Shown: positions 32,413 through 42,235, counted from the stretch's first letter. The stretch: DNA of 64,000 nt from Glaciecola sp. (GCA_018623155.1 JAAZVZ010000003.1:59373-123372), one strand, 5' to 3'. Notes: a model not told the origin generated them from the sequence alone. Translations and numbers: made by a program.

Positions 32413-34884
32413 TCATAGTTCTTGTTTCCACGCTTGGGTCCGCAAAATATCCGCAAAAACCCCGGCCGCGGTGACTGTTGCACCTGCACCGTAGCCACGG
32501 ATAACGTATGGGATTGGACTGTAATACGCTGAACGAATCGCTAAGGCATTTTCACCATCTTTGATGGCGGCTAATGGATGGTCTTGCGCAACGGCTTGGA
32601 TCTTCACCGCACACTGCCCATCTTTACTGATACTGCCAACATATCGTAATACTTTGTCTGCCTTTTGCGCCTGGCTAACCAAATCCGCATAGTGGCTATC
32701 TGCCTGCGGTAAATTCGCCATAAAGGTCTCTATATCACCACTTGCATCAAAGCCCGATGGTAATACTGATTCAATATCAATGTCGGACAACTCAAGCGTT
32801 AAACCTGCTTCACGCGCCATAATTAAGAGCTTGCGTGCAACGTCCATACCGCTCAAATCGTCGCGAGGATCGGGTTCGGTAAAACCATTTTCTTTTGCGA
32901 CGGCTGTTGCAGCAGACAAACTTAAGCCTTCTTCAAGTTTACCAAACACATAGGATAATGATCCTGACAAAATCCCTTCAAAACTTTCAAGCTCGTCACC
33001 CGCATTAAATAACTTTTGCAAATTATCAATAACCGGTAAGCCAGCGCCGACAGTCGTTTCATATAAGTACTGACGCTTCTGCGTCATGGTCGCTGCTTTT
33101 ATTTCCGCATAATATTGAGTCGAACCTGTGTTGGCTTTTTTGTTTGGGGTAACGACATGAAAACCCGCTTCTAAGATATCGACATATTGGTCAGCAACCG
33201 ATTGCGCTGAAGTACAATCGACAAAGACGGGATTGGTCAAACTATTGTCTACAACGAATTGCTTAAGCTCCTTTAAGCCATAATGCACGCCACGAGTAGT
33301 TAACGCATTTTGCCACCCAGCTTCATCCGCAATATCAATACCGTTATTATCAAATAAAATCTGCTTAGAATTCGCAATACCATAGACACGTAAGCGAATG
33401 GATTTTTCAGCTAAAGTGGCTTGTTGTTTGGCCATCTGACGGACTAGCTCAGCACCAACAGTGCCACATCCGACCAAAAACACATCGATAAAATGTTGAC
33501 GACCAAAGAAATTTTGATGCACTACTTTGATGGCTTTTTTGGCTTTATCAGCATCAATGACGGTAGAAATTGAGCGTTCAGAAGAGCCTTGGGCAATAGC
33601 AATGTTATTGATACGCGCTTGTGCTAATGCTTGGAAGAATCGAGCAGCCATACCTTTACTGCGCTTCATGCCATCCCCAACCAGGGTGACAATCGCTAAA
33701 TCCTCTTTGACATCAATTGGTTCTAATAATTTGTTGTGAAGCTCTAGAGCAAATTCATCATGCAAAATATCCAAGGCTTGGCTCTGGTCTTTTTGCGCAA
33801 TACAAAAACTAATACTGTATTCTGATGATGATTGCGTGATTAAGCTAATAGAGATATTACCACGAGCCATCGAATCAAAAATACGAGTTGCCATGCCAAC
33901 CATACCTTTCATACCTGGACCAGCAATATTCAGCATCACGATATCGTCAAGGTGTGAAATCCCTTTGACATTTGTCCATTTTTCGCTCTTTTCATTGGAA
34001 ATTAACGTACCCGGTGCAGATGGGTTCAACGTATTTTTGATTAAACACGGTATATGGTGTTGAGCAATCGGCCCAATCGTTTTGGGGTGAAGCACTTTGG
34101 CACCAAAATACGATAACTCCATTGCCTCTTCATAGGTGAGTTTATCCATGAGCACCGCATTCTCAACTTGACGCGGGTCGGCATTGTACACACCATCTAC
34201 ATCCGTCCAAATTTCACACACCTCAGCATCAATGCACGCCGCCAAAATAGCCGCTGAATAATCCGAGCCATTACGACCTAACGTGACTTTTTCGCCTTCT
34301 TCATTCACTGCGACAAATCCCGGCATGATCAATAAGGTGCGACCCGAATTATCGACATCGGTAAAACGTGCTTTCGATTCATCAACATTAGCTAATGCGT
34401 CAAGAAAGGGGCCGTAAGCAAGTACTTTTTCAGCCGGATCAACGATTTGAGCATTAATGCCACGCGCAGCGAAAATTGACTGCAAAATATTGACGGATAC
34501 ATATTCACCCATGGAGAGTAATTCTGCAGCTGTATTATCTGGAGCACAGCCAAGCAGCTGCATACCACGTAGTTTTTCATCTAAAGTGGTAAGAATAGTT
34601 TGAATAAAGTCTTGTAACGGTGCAAGTGGGAAATTCGCTTCTCGTTCGCCCAATTCATTAGCAATGCCATTTAGAGTCATGTCGAGCTTAGCGAATAACT
34701 CAGAAAAATCCTCTCCCGTTGAAGCTTGCTCGATCAGTAATGAAAGCGCATTAGTCACTCCCTTCGGTGCAGATAGAACCGCAGCAGCACCTGTATCACT
34801 ATGATATTCTGTGACGATTTTGGCGACGCCCAAATAACGCTCTGCATCAGCTAATGACGAACCGCCAAATTTTAAAACTTTCAT
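32413..34884 (-). CDS. thrA: Bifunctional aspartokinase I / homoserine dehydrogenase I
   Basis: 823 aa. N-terminus [17 protein letters not shown], with full-length ThrA architecture. Confidence 0.97.
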   Translation of the reverse strand: MKVLKFGGSSLADAERYLGVAKIVTEYHSDTGAAAVLSAPKGVTNALSLLIEQASTGEDFSELFAKLDMTLNGIANELGEREANFPLAPLQDFIQTILTTLDEKLRGMQLLGCAPDNTAAELLSMGEYVSVNILQSIFAARGINAQIVDPAEKVLAYGPFLDALANVDESKARFTDVDNSGRTLLIMPGFVAVNEEGEKVTLGRNGSDYSAAILAACIDAEVCEIWTDVDGVYNADPRQVENAVLMDKLTYEEAMELSYFGAKVLHPKTIGPIAQHHIPCLIKNTLNPSAPGTLISNEKSEKWTNVKGISHLDDIVMLNIAGPGMKGMVGMATRIFDSMARGNISISLITQSSSEYSISFCIAQKDQSQALDILHDEFALELHNKLLEPIDVKEDLAIVTLVGDGMKRSKGMAARFFQALAQARINNIAIAQGSSERSISTVIDADKAKKAIKVVHQNFFGRQHFIDVFLVGCGTVGAELVRQMAKQQATLAEKSIRLRVYGIANSKQILFDNNGIDIADEAGWQNALTTRGVHYGLKELKQFVVDNSLTNPVFVDCTSAQSVADQYVDILEAGFHVVTPNKKANTGSTQYYAEIKAATMTQKRQYLYETTVGAGLPVIDNLQKLFNAGDELESFEGILSGSLSYVFGKLEEGLSLSAATAVAKENGFTEPDPRDDLSGMDVARKLLIMAREAGLTLELSDIDIESVLPSGFDASGDIETFMANLPQADSHYADLVSQAQKADKVLRYVGSISKDGQCAVKIQAVAQDHPLAAIKDGENALAIRSAYYSPIPYVIRGYGAGATVTAAGVFADILRTQAWKQEL

Positions 34885-34948
34885 GTATTCTCCTATTTTC
34901 CCCAGTACTCCAAGCTTTGCACTTCCAGCACGCTAAAATATAACGCTC

Positions 34949-34982
34949 AAAAACAAAAAAGCCCGCAGTGGTTGCGGGCTTC
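34949..34982 (-). terminator. thr operon attenuator (intrinsic terminator)
   Basis: The minus strand reads GAAGCCCGCAACCACTGCGGGCTTTTTTGTTTTT: an 8-bp GC-rich stem (AGCCCGCA/TGCGGGCT), a 5-nt loop and a U-run. It lies between the leader peptide stop and thrA. Confidence 0.75.
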
Positions 34983-35001
34983 AGTAGATTTGTGTCATGC
35001 A

Positions 35002-35073
35002 CTAACCAACGTCCGCCCCACTAGGGGTGGTAATAATCATCATGTCGGTGGTGCTTGTTAGTATTATTTTCAT
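35002..35073 (-). CDS. thrL: thr operon leader peptide
   Basis: Not in the ORF track (23 codons). My translation is MKIILTSTTDMMIITTPSGADVG, with 9 of 23 codons being Thr or Ile, followed about 20 nt later by the attenuator hairpin. This matches the established Thr/Ile attenuation model for thrLABC. Confidence 0.7.
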   Translation of the reverse strand: MKIILTSTTDMMIITTPSGADVG

Positions 35074-35234
35074 GGCGTTATTATCCGTATAGACGCCTGA
35101 AAGTCAATGTTTTTATCATAATGAAGACTATCTGGGATCCCCCTACTCTTGGCAATTTCTTGAGACTATTGTATTAATGTATATGGGCATGACTTATATC
35201 ACACTAGCCCTAGATTGTTTTGACAGGTTGACTC

Positions 35235-36965
35235 ATGGATCGCGCACAAAAAATAGCCTACCAAATTTTAAGCGGTTTCGATAAAAGTTATCGTTGGTAT
35301 TCACGTATTACTAAGGGTGCGCAAGAACGATTTGAGCAACGCCAATGGGCCGCGTCTCAACAAGCGATTAAAGAGCGTATTACCATTTATGAGCAAAGCC
35401 TCAATGAAGTGGTGACTGAAATTTATCAGCATTTGCAGCCGCATGCCGAAGGCGATGAATTTTGGATGTTGATGAAACAAAACTATGCCAAACTTCTTGC
35501 GACACATCCCCAGTTTGAACTGGCAGAAACTTATTATAACTCAGTTATTGGGCGTATTTTTAAGCATCAAAAAATTGATGATGAGTTTATGTTCATTACT
35601 CCAACTCGTTGTTATTTACCCGGACCTGACCGCATGAAAGTCATTAATACTTTTAATGTAGATTGCACCGTCAGTGAGATGTATGAAGAATTGTTTCGCA
35701 TTTATAGTTTTAATGTTTCATTTGCTGAAAAAGAACGTGATTTAGCCAACCTAGAGCAAGGTTTACGTGAAGTTTTGACCACAGAAGAGTTAGCGTCTGT
35801 GCACACGATGGAAATGCTGAAACCGATATTTTATCGCGGTAAAGCCGCCTACCTTATTGGTCGCATGTGTTTACCTGATCAAACGTTGCCGTTTGTTATC
35901 GCTTTACGCATCAACAAAGATCATAAGATCTTTGTGGATGCACTATTGACTGACCGTCGAGATTTATCAGTGATTTTTGGATTTGCACGTTCATATTTTA
36001 ATGCCGACACACAATACCCTGCAGAACTTGTCGCGTTTTTAGCCGAACTGTTACCGAATAAAAAGCAATTTGAATTGTATATGTCACTGGGTTTTTATAA
36101 ACATGGGAAAACCGAGTTTTATCGCAATTACCTAGAACATTTGGCAACAACACAAGATAAGTTTGAGTTAGCACCCGGGATCAAAGGCCTGGTAATGACC
36201 GTATTTCATCTGCCGAGTTATGGCATTGTATTTAAAGTCATTAAAGACGAGTTCGCCGAGAGTAAAAAAATTACTCGAGACTTTGTTAAAAATCGTTACC
36301 GCTTGGTCAAAATGTCTGATCGTGTTGGGCGAATGGCAGATACGCACGAGTACGTAAATTATAAGTTTGATCTTGATCGGATGGACGATGAATTACTGCA
36401 ATACCTAAAAGATACCTGTGCCTCTAGTCTGATTATTGAAGGTAATACATTGACCATCACGCATTTGTACATTGAACGCAAAATGACACCGTTGAACTTG
36501 TATTTGAATCAAGAAACAGACGACGAAAAAATTCGCCACGCCATTGATGAGCTAGGTTTATGTATCAAGCAAATCGCCCTGACAAATATTTTCCCTGGCG
36601 ATATGCTGCATAAAAATTTTGGTATAACCGGTCATGGCCGAGTCATCTTCTATGACTATGACGAGATATGTTATATGGATGAACGGAACTTTCGCGATTT
36701 GCCAGTCACAGACGATCCCTATGTCCTCGATACGTTATCGGTTGCACCAAATGATGTATTCCCACAACAATTTGAGCATTTTATTATTGGACGTAAAGTG
36801 CATAAGGATATTTTAAAAGAGCTGCATGGGGAAATCATGACTGCAGAGTATTGGCGCAAAATCCAAGAAATATGTAAAGAAGGTAAGTACTTAAACTTTA
36901 CGCCGTATAACCCAAAGAAGAGCTTCCATTATGATCCGGACAGGCACTACGATTATTTGCATTAA
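35235..36965 (+). CDS. aceK: Isocitrate dehydrogenase kinase/phosphatase
   Basis: 576 aa. Collinear with E. coli AceK (ILSGFDKSYRWYSRIT N-terminus; C-terminal FPGDMLHKNFGIT, RVIFYDYDEI, DVFPQQF). Confidence 0.95.
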   Translation: MDRAQKIAYQILSGFDKSYRWYSRITKGAQERFEQRQWAASQQAIKERITIYEQSLNEVVTEIYQHLQPHAEGDEFWMLMKQNYAKLLATHPQFELAETYYNSVIGRIFKHQKIDDEFMFITPTRCYLPGPDRMKVINTFNVDCTVSEMYEELFRIYSFNVSFAEKERDLANLEQGLREVLTTEELASVHTMEMLKPIFYRGKAAYLIGRMCLPDQTLPFVIALRINKDHKIFVDALLTDRRDLSVIFGFARSYFNADTQYPAELVAFLAELLPNKKQFELYMSLGFYKHGKTEFYRNYLEHLATTQDKFELAPGIKGLVMTVFHLPSYGIVFKVIKDEFAESKKITRDFVKNRYRLVKMSDRVGRMADTHEYVNYKFDLDRMDDELLQYLKDTCASSLIIEGNTLTITHLYIERKMTPLNLYLNQETDDEKIRHAIDELGLCIKQIALTNIFPGDMLHKNFGITGHGRVIFYDYDEICYMDERNFRDLPVTDDPYVLDTLSVAPNDVFPQQFEHFIIGRKVHKDILKELHGEIMTAEYWRKIQEICKEGKYLNFTPYNPKKSFHYDPDRHYDYLH

Positions 36966-36983
36966 GTAAAAGCAAATATTTCC

Positions 36984-38348
36984 TTAATGTACTAAGTGCC
37001 ACTGTGTTTGTCGTCCCGCAAGATACCAAACCTTGTCACCATCAAATAGCGCGCTCTGCTCCAACTTAATTTGTACCCATTGGTCATCCCACTCTGGTAC
37101 TTGAGCCTTGATATTACCTTCAATGGCATATGCAGTATCTGGATAGAGAGGGTAGTCGCCACGAACTGGAGTAGGTCCTTGGTTATCCCACATGCCAATA
37201 GTGGGGCCAGAAGCATGACCAACAAAGCCAATCGGATGGGTGTAGGTTGAGCTCAAGATACCTTGCGCCGATGCTTTCTCTTGAGTCGCGGCAAGTATTT
37301 CATTTCCAGTCCGCCCTGTTACAAACTCGCCGGTCAAGATGTCTTGCCACGTGTTGCCAATCACCATCGCATCTTTTAAGCCTTGTGGCGCATCGGTTTC
37401 ACCTAATTTTAAAACGTAGGCCATTTCTTGAGTATCGGTGCATTGATTGAGATAGCAGATCCCAACGTCAGTATGCAACACATCACCGCGCATAATGACA
37501 CTCCCCTCTTTACCCATGAAGACATCATTTTGGCTAGTGACATCGCCGCGACGCTGAATATTCACATAAGGTTGAAACCATGGACGCAGTTGAAGTTCTT
37601 CAAAGCGATTACGCAGATACCACGCCACATCCTCTGTTGTGGTTTTGCCTGGCGTAATGACTTTGTTTGAGAACCCCTCAGCGATAACGGCTCGGGCAAT
37701 ATTAACGACATGCGGATAAACTTGTTGCTCTAGTGGACTACGTGTTTCAAGCCAGCGCAATACGAGTTTTTCTGCACTGACTAGACGTTTTTCATATTTG
37801 GACGGAAGTGCCTCACGCAATAGCTGCTCTAATCCTGCTGATAAACCGTCAGCCATCGGCCAATCTCGGCTGATGTTTATACCAATTCGCTTTGGATCAC
37901 GTTCTGCAATTACTTCGGCAAGACGGTTCCATTGCTCTGTCAATGAACCACCGTCCCAAACAGTTGGATAAGTATCACCAATGGCGTAACGACTCACGCT
38001 AAATCGCTCAACTCCATCTGCCGTTTTGGCAAACACCAAAATGGTCGTACGACGCGCTGCAAACGTTGGTTGAGGTACTAAAGTGTAAAACAATTTATCT
38101 TCGCCGTATTCGCGATTGATTACGAGCCACATATCGATATCAGATTCAGCCATAAGTTGTGGCAGCAGGTTATCTAAACGCTCTTGCAACATGGCGTTGA
38201 TGGGTTCAATGCGGTCTTGAAAAGGCAACACGGCTGGCATCTCTTGGATGACTCGACCTTGCTCAAAAGCAGTCGCTTTGGCGTTTGAGAACGCACTAAA
38301 TGTGGCGATAGACAAAGCCCAAAAGAGTGTTAATACAATGCGATACAT
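36984..38348 (-). CDS. Secreted M24-family metallopeptidase (Xaa-Pro aminopeptidase-like)
   Basis: Track ORF runs to 38456. I trimmed it to MYRIVLTLFWALSIATFSAFSNAKA (a clear signal peptide, ATG at 38348). The C-terminal pita-bread-like region carries candidate metal ligands (GDVLHTDVGI, HPIGFVGH, AIEGN, KLEQSA). Confidence 0.72.
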   Translation of the reverse strand: MYRIVLTLFWALSIATFSAFSNAKATAFEQGRVIQEMPAVLPFQDRIEPINAMLQERLDNLLPQLMAESDIDMWLVINREYGEDKLFYTLVPQPTFAARRTTILVFAKTADGVERFSVSRYAIGDTYPTVWDGGSLTEQWNRLAEVIAERDPKRIGINISRDWPMADGLSAGLEQLLREALPSKYEKRLVSAEKLVLRWLETRSPLEQQVYPHVVNIARAVIAEGFSNKVITPGKTTTEDVAWYLRNRFEELQLRPWFQPYVNIQRRGDVTSQNDVFMGKEGSVIMRGDVLHTDVGICYLNQCTDTQEMAYVLKLGETDAPQGLKDAMVIGNTWQDILTGEFVTGRTGNEILAATQEKASAQGILSSTYTHPIGFVGHASGPTIGMWDNQGPTPVRGDYPLYPDTAYAIEGNIKAQVPEWDDQWVQIKLEQSALFDGDKVWYLAGRQTQWHLVH

Positions 38349-38418
38349 AAACTGTCCTGTTTTTATAATTATCTTTTTAAGTGTAATGTAAAAATAAACC
38401 AGCTCATTTGCAAATGTT

Positions 38419-38862
38419 CTATCGTCTCGCCAATATTCTATCCAAATGATTTGCAAACGCTTGCTTATCTTGTTGACTCAAAGGCGGTGGACCGCCTGAC
38501 TGAACGCCTGAGGCTCGCATCGTATCCATAAAATCTCGTATATTAAGCCGACTTTTGATATTTTCTTTAGTATGCAGTTCACCGCGTGGACTCAATGCTT
38601 GAGCCTCTTTGGTAATGACTTCATCCGCAAGGGGTATATCACTGGTAACCACCAAATCTCCGGCTTCAACGCGTTTGACAATTTCATCATCGGCCACATC
38701 AAACCCGCTCTCCACCACCATAGAGGTAATCCAAGGAGTCGGCGGAGTTTTCAAATAGTGATTTGCCACTAAGGTCAAGGGAACAGACGTGCGCTGTGAA
38801 GCCTTAAATAAAATCTCTTTGATCGCTACCGGACAGGCGTCCGCATCCACCCAAATCTTCAT
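38419..38862 (-). CDS. yaiI: UPF0178 protein YaiI (DUF188)
   Basis: 147 aa. Collinear with E. coli YaiI ([47 protein letters not shown]). Confidence 0.9.
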   Translation of the reverse strand: MKIWVDADACPVAIKEILFKASQRTSVPLTLVANHYLKTPPTPWITSMVVESGFDVADDEIVKRVEAGDLVVTSDIPLADEVITKEAQALSPRGELHTKENIKSRLNIRDFMDTMRASGVQSGGPPPLSQQDKQAFANHLDRILARR

Positions 38863-39108
38863 GTTAGTCAGCTCATATCCAGTATTTACGAGTTATACGC
38901 TTTAGTACAAAGCAAACTCTTATTCGTTAGTTAGCAAAACTCAGTTTAACATTTTGATTTTCTGTAAAACAATCTGAATGTGGTGTTTGGAGGGGCATAA
39001 TCAATTCTATACACAAAGGAACTATTCACAGGGACTCATGGCACAATTAACCTTGCAAGGTTTACCTTTGTACGAGAATAAAATACACTCCGCGGACAAA
39101 TAAAAGAA

Positions 39109-39363
39109 TTGCATGCGAAAACACCGCTAACCCAATCAAAAAGTATTATGTTAAACGAGATCAAATATCAATTTGGTAATGCTCAAGACGCCACTCGGTT
39201 TCTCAATACCTTAACCCCATGGAGCGAGACGCCTGTTAAAGCGCGTTTTTATGACAGCGACAGCAGCGTTATAGTGACCTATGAGCAAAATCCGAGGACA
39301 TTTGATTACACGTGTAGCAAGCTCGATGAGCTAGCGGAAAGTATGGGAGGTCGTGAATTGTGA
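39109..39363 (+). CDS. Hypothetical small protein (71-84 aa) overlapping the ppiC start
   Basis: ORF with a TTG at 39109 or an ATG at 39148 ([10 protein letters not shown]). Its stop forms a GTGA overlap with the ppiC start, and the ppiC SD (GGAGG) lies in its last codons. I recognise no family and see no convincing SD of its own. Confidence 0.35.
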   Translation: MHAKTPLTQSKSIMLNEIKYQFGNAQDATRFLNTLTPWSETPVKARFYDSDSSVIVTYEQNPRTFDYTCSKLDELAESMGGREL

Positions 39364-39638
39364 AAGCCTGTGCCGTCCATATCCTGGTCAAAACTGAAAA
39401 AGAAGCACATGACCTTCTACGACAACTAAAAAAAGGCAAAAACTTCTCAGAGCTTGCCAAAAAACACTCTTTATGTCCCTCTGGAAAGAAAGATGGAGGC
39501 AATCTAGGTGAGTTTCGTCGAGGTCAAATGGTCAAGCAGTTTGATGACATAGTATTTAAAAAACCCTTACTAGAACTTCATGGGCCAGTCAGAACAAAAT
39601 TTGGCTTTCATATCATAAAAACGCTGTACCGCATTTAG
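39360..39638 (+). CDS. ppiC: Parvulin-type peptidyl-prolyl cis-trans isomerase C
   Basis: 92 aa with a GTG start 9 nt after GGAGG. Collinear with E. coli PpiC ([38 protein letters not shown]). Confidence 0.9.
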   Translation: MKACAVHILVKTEKEAHDLLRQLKKGKNFSELAKKHSLCPSGKKDGGNLGEFRRGQMVKQFDDIVFKKPLLELHGPVRTKFGFHIIKTLYRI

Positions 39639-39651
39639 TCACAATGCACAA

Positions 39652-40185
39652 TTAATTCTGACGCTGCATAAAAATAGTGACCTCTGCGACCACAATCCCG
39701 AACTTTTTGATGTATGAACGATTCATCAATGTGTTTTCATCCATTGCAAAGAACCAGTCATCAAAATTAACTGTGTATGTTGTGCCATCCACGGTTAGAT
39801 CCATTTCATATACAAAATTAAATGCATTACCAAAAGCAGTACCGGTTGCCTCACCATTGATATCCCCTGCCGTACCGATAAAAGTCCCATTCACTTGAGG
39901 CGTTAAACGCCAAACTCTCGTCTTTGGACCGTCCCCGACAATGTATTCAAACCGCTCATCAAGCACTAACGTGCTGCCTTCCATCGAGCCATCAATATCG
40001 ACAATAAAACGTTGCACAACCTCCCCCGAACGATTCTGCACGATGCCCCATGCAGTTACCTGACCCACAAAAAATCTCTCTAAGTCAAAGCTCGGCTTCT
40101 CACCCTTGTAATCATGACCATCTATTGATAGTGAGCAACCACTTATAGAAAAAAATATAACAGCTGAAAGGATGAGGTTTTTCAT
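39652..40185 (-). CDS. DUF3833-family lipoprotein
   Basis: Trimmed to MKNLILSAVIFFSISGC (lipobox ISGC, ATG at 40185, ATGA overlap with the upstream gene). FDLERFF...AWGIVQNRSGEV...VNFDDWFF...VAEVTIF matches my memory of DUF3833. Confidence 0.7.
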   Translation of the reverse strand: MKNLILSAVIFFSISGCSLSIDGHDYKGEKPSFDLERFFVGQVTAWGIVQNRSGEVVQRFIVDIDGSMEGSTLVLDERFEYIVGDGPKTRVWRLTPQVNGTFIGTAGDINGEATGTAFGNAFNFVYEMDLTVDGTTYTVNFDDWFFAMDENTLMNRSYIKKFGIVVAEVTIFMQRQN

Positions 40186-40715
40186 TGATATTCTCCTAAT
40201 AATTTTCGCCGTAATTTGGGCTCTGAAGTCTTGTTTGATAGCCATATACCAAAAAAAGCACGGCTGAACTCAGGGTCATCAATTTGTGCCACAAACGTAT
40301 CGTTGTAATAAAATATCGCACTACCTTCTTCATTCTGTATCCCAATCAATGTATCGTTTTCTTTAACATCTGGAAAGGTCGCTAACATTTGAGTTTCCCA
40401 TTGTGCAAGCTGAGCATCGTCCTGCCAATCTTGGTCTTTCATCTCATCAATGCTGCGCTTGGCAATGTCTTTGCCTGCAAAATCCATTAAATATGTTAAG
40501 CTCAACGCAAAGGGTGCCTCAGATGAATAGCCTTTAGCAGGGGTATACAAGATGGCATCATACACATCCCAAAATAACACCTTTAACCTACCCTTACCTA
40601 ACACAATACTCTCGGGTACAGCATCAGAAACATAACTGGGCACAGACTCATTTGCGTTGACATTCAATATTGATAGCGATAGAACTAGCCATAAGACAAT
40701 GTATATTCGAACCAT
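40182..40715 (-). CDS. Secreted chalcone-isomerase-like family protein
   Basis: 177 aa with a Sec signal peptide (LNVNA-NE). Motifs LKVLFWDVYDAILY, ALSLTYL and FFGIWLSNKTSEPKLRRKLLG resemble the bacterial chalcone isomerase-like family, which often sits next to DUF3833. Confidence 0.6.
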   Translation of the reverse strand: MVRIYIVLWLVLSLSILNVNANESVPSYVSDAVPESIVLGKGRLKVLFWDVYDAILYTPAKGYSSEAPFALSLTYLMDFAGKDIAKRSIDEMKDQDWQDDAQLAQWETQMLATFPDVKENDTLIGIQNEEGSAIFYYNDTFVAQIDDPEFSRAFFGIWLSNKTSEPKLRRKLLGEYQ

Positions 40716-40799
40716 ATTGACTCCATTGCTCGTATCTCAAACCGATGTGGTAATATGAAACATTCGCTTTTTTAGATCTAATAATTATCTCTACGTACA

Positions 40800-41696
40800 A
40801 TGAAGCAGATAAGACTCAAAATACCAAGCCCGTTACAACAGTTAAGTTTACATTCAGACAGTACTGCAGCTGCAAAAGCAGTTAAATATAAACTGTGGTG
40901 TAAACGTGACGACCTTATTCATCCTATTATGAGTGGGAACAAATGGCGTAAACTGGCTCATTCTTTTAACACCCATCAAGATATTCGTCATATCATTAGT
41001 TACGGTGGAGGTTTTTCCAATCATTTACATGCTTTAGGGTATTTTTGTCACCAAGAAAACATTCAGTTTACTGCCAGGATCCGCGGAGATTATCGACAAC
41101 ACCCCACGCCGATGATAACTGATTTAAGCAATTGGGGGACGCAGATTGAATACCTTAATAAAGACGCGTTCAAACTTGCGAGAGAACAGCCTAAATATGG
41201 CTACAAGGATGGGCTTTTGCATATCCCTGAAGGAGGGTTTAACCAAAGTGGTTTACAGGGCGTCAGTGACATAATTAAAGAGTTATTAGCACAGCATCTG
41301 GCATTTTCTTCAGAACCCGTCACTATCGTCCTCCCTGTAGCCACAGGTACAACCTTAGCGGGTCTTGCTAAGCATGCACCTGACCATTGGTTTATCCAAG
41401 GTATTGCCGTACTAAAAGGAGAGCAATATCTTGAACAAAATGTGCAATCATTAATTGGTGACGCCTATACAAACTGGCATATCAATCACGCTTATCATGC
41501 TGGTGGTTATGCCAAAACCAATGCCGAATTGAATGAGTTTTTAACGCAATGGGACCATGCACATTGCCCAATCGAGCGTATTTATTCAGGCAAAGCTGCA
41601 TGGGGACTACAAAATCTGGTAAACGAGCAAAAAATAAATAGCAAACATATCATTTATTTACATACCGGTGGCTTACAAGGCGCAAGAAAGGCGTAA
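40800..41696 (+). CDS. PLP-dependent enzyme of the ACC deaminase / D-cysteine desulfhydrase family
   Basis: 298 aa. SGNKWRKL PLP-lysine motif and a C-terminal HTGG motif. Substrate cannot be inferred. Confidence 0.7.
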   Translation: MKQIRLKIPSPLQQLSLHSDSTAAAKAVKYKLWCKRDDLIHPIMSGNKWRKLAHSFNTHQDIRHIISYGGGFSNHLHALGYFCHQENIQFTARIRGDYRQHPTPMITDLSNWGTQIEYLNKDAFKLAREQPKYGYKDGLLHIPEGGFNQSGLQGVSDIIKELLAQHLAFSSEPVTIVLPVATGTTLAGLAKHAPDHWFIQGIAVLKGEQYLEQNVQSLIGDAYTNWHINHAYHAGGYAKTNAELNEFLTQWDHAHCPIERIYSGKAAWGLQNLVNEQKINSKHIIYLHTGGLQGARKA

Positions 41697-41760
41697 ATTT
41701 CTGAACTAATATTATAAACACACCGTTTATATATATAATCCATGCAACCTGTGGTGATCC

Positions 41761-42156
41761 ATGTCAGAACCTGATATTCAAACAACACTTGAACGCATGC
41801 TTCAATCAAGCATTGATTTGTGTCAAACACTTCTCAAGCATAATGAAACATTTTACCCCTTTGCATCTGTGGCAATTGATGGCGATATTCAGTGTATATT
41901 TAACTCTGAGCACGAACATCGTGAATATCAAATCATCGAACAATTAGAGCAAGAGATCTGGGAACGTACTCATCAAGTACAACAATCTTTATCTGTTTTA
42001 GTATATTCAGGTCTCATGGTTGATGATCGCGGCCATAAACGCGATGTCATAGTTTGTGATGTCACCACTCAAGAAGGTGAGCAACAACAGATTTACTATC
42101 CGATTAACTTTGCCTGTTCCAACCCGCAAATTGGGACACCATTTACCTCCGATTAG
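41761..42156 (+). CDS. Hypothetical acidic protein, 131 aa
   Basis: Clean ORF with an ATG start and coding-like composition. I recognise no family. Confidence 0.55.
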   Translation: MSEPDIQTTLERMLQSSIDLCQTLLKHNETFYPFASVAIDGDIQCIFNSEHEHREYQIIEQLEQEIWERTHQVQQSLSVLVYSGLMVDDRGHKRDVIVCDVTTQEGEQQQIYYPINFACSNPQIGTPFTSD

Positions 42157-42235
42157 TTCTGTAATAATCGTTGGTTTATTGCGACTTTTGGTTTATTATC
42201 CGCCCAAAATGACCTAACCTTTTTTGGAATAATTT

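Noticed and set aside
39049-39062. Perfect 14-bp palindrome AACCTTGCAAGGTT in the yaiI/ppiC spacer.
   Set aside because: It is AT-rich with a 2-nt centre and no U-run, so it is not a terminator. It could be a regulator site, but a single palindrome without a second copy or a known motif is not enough.
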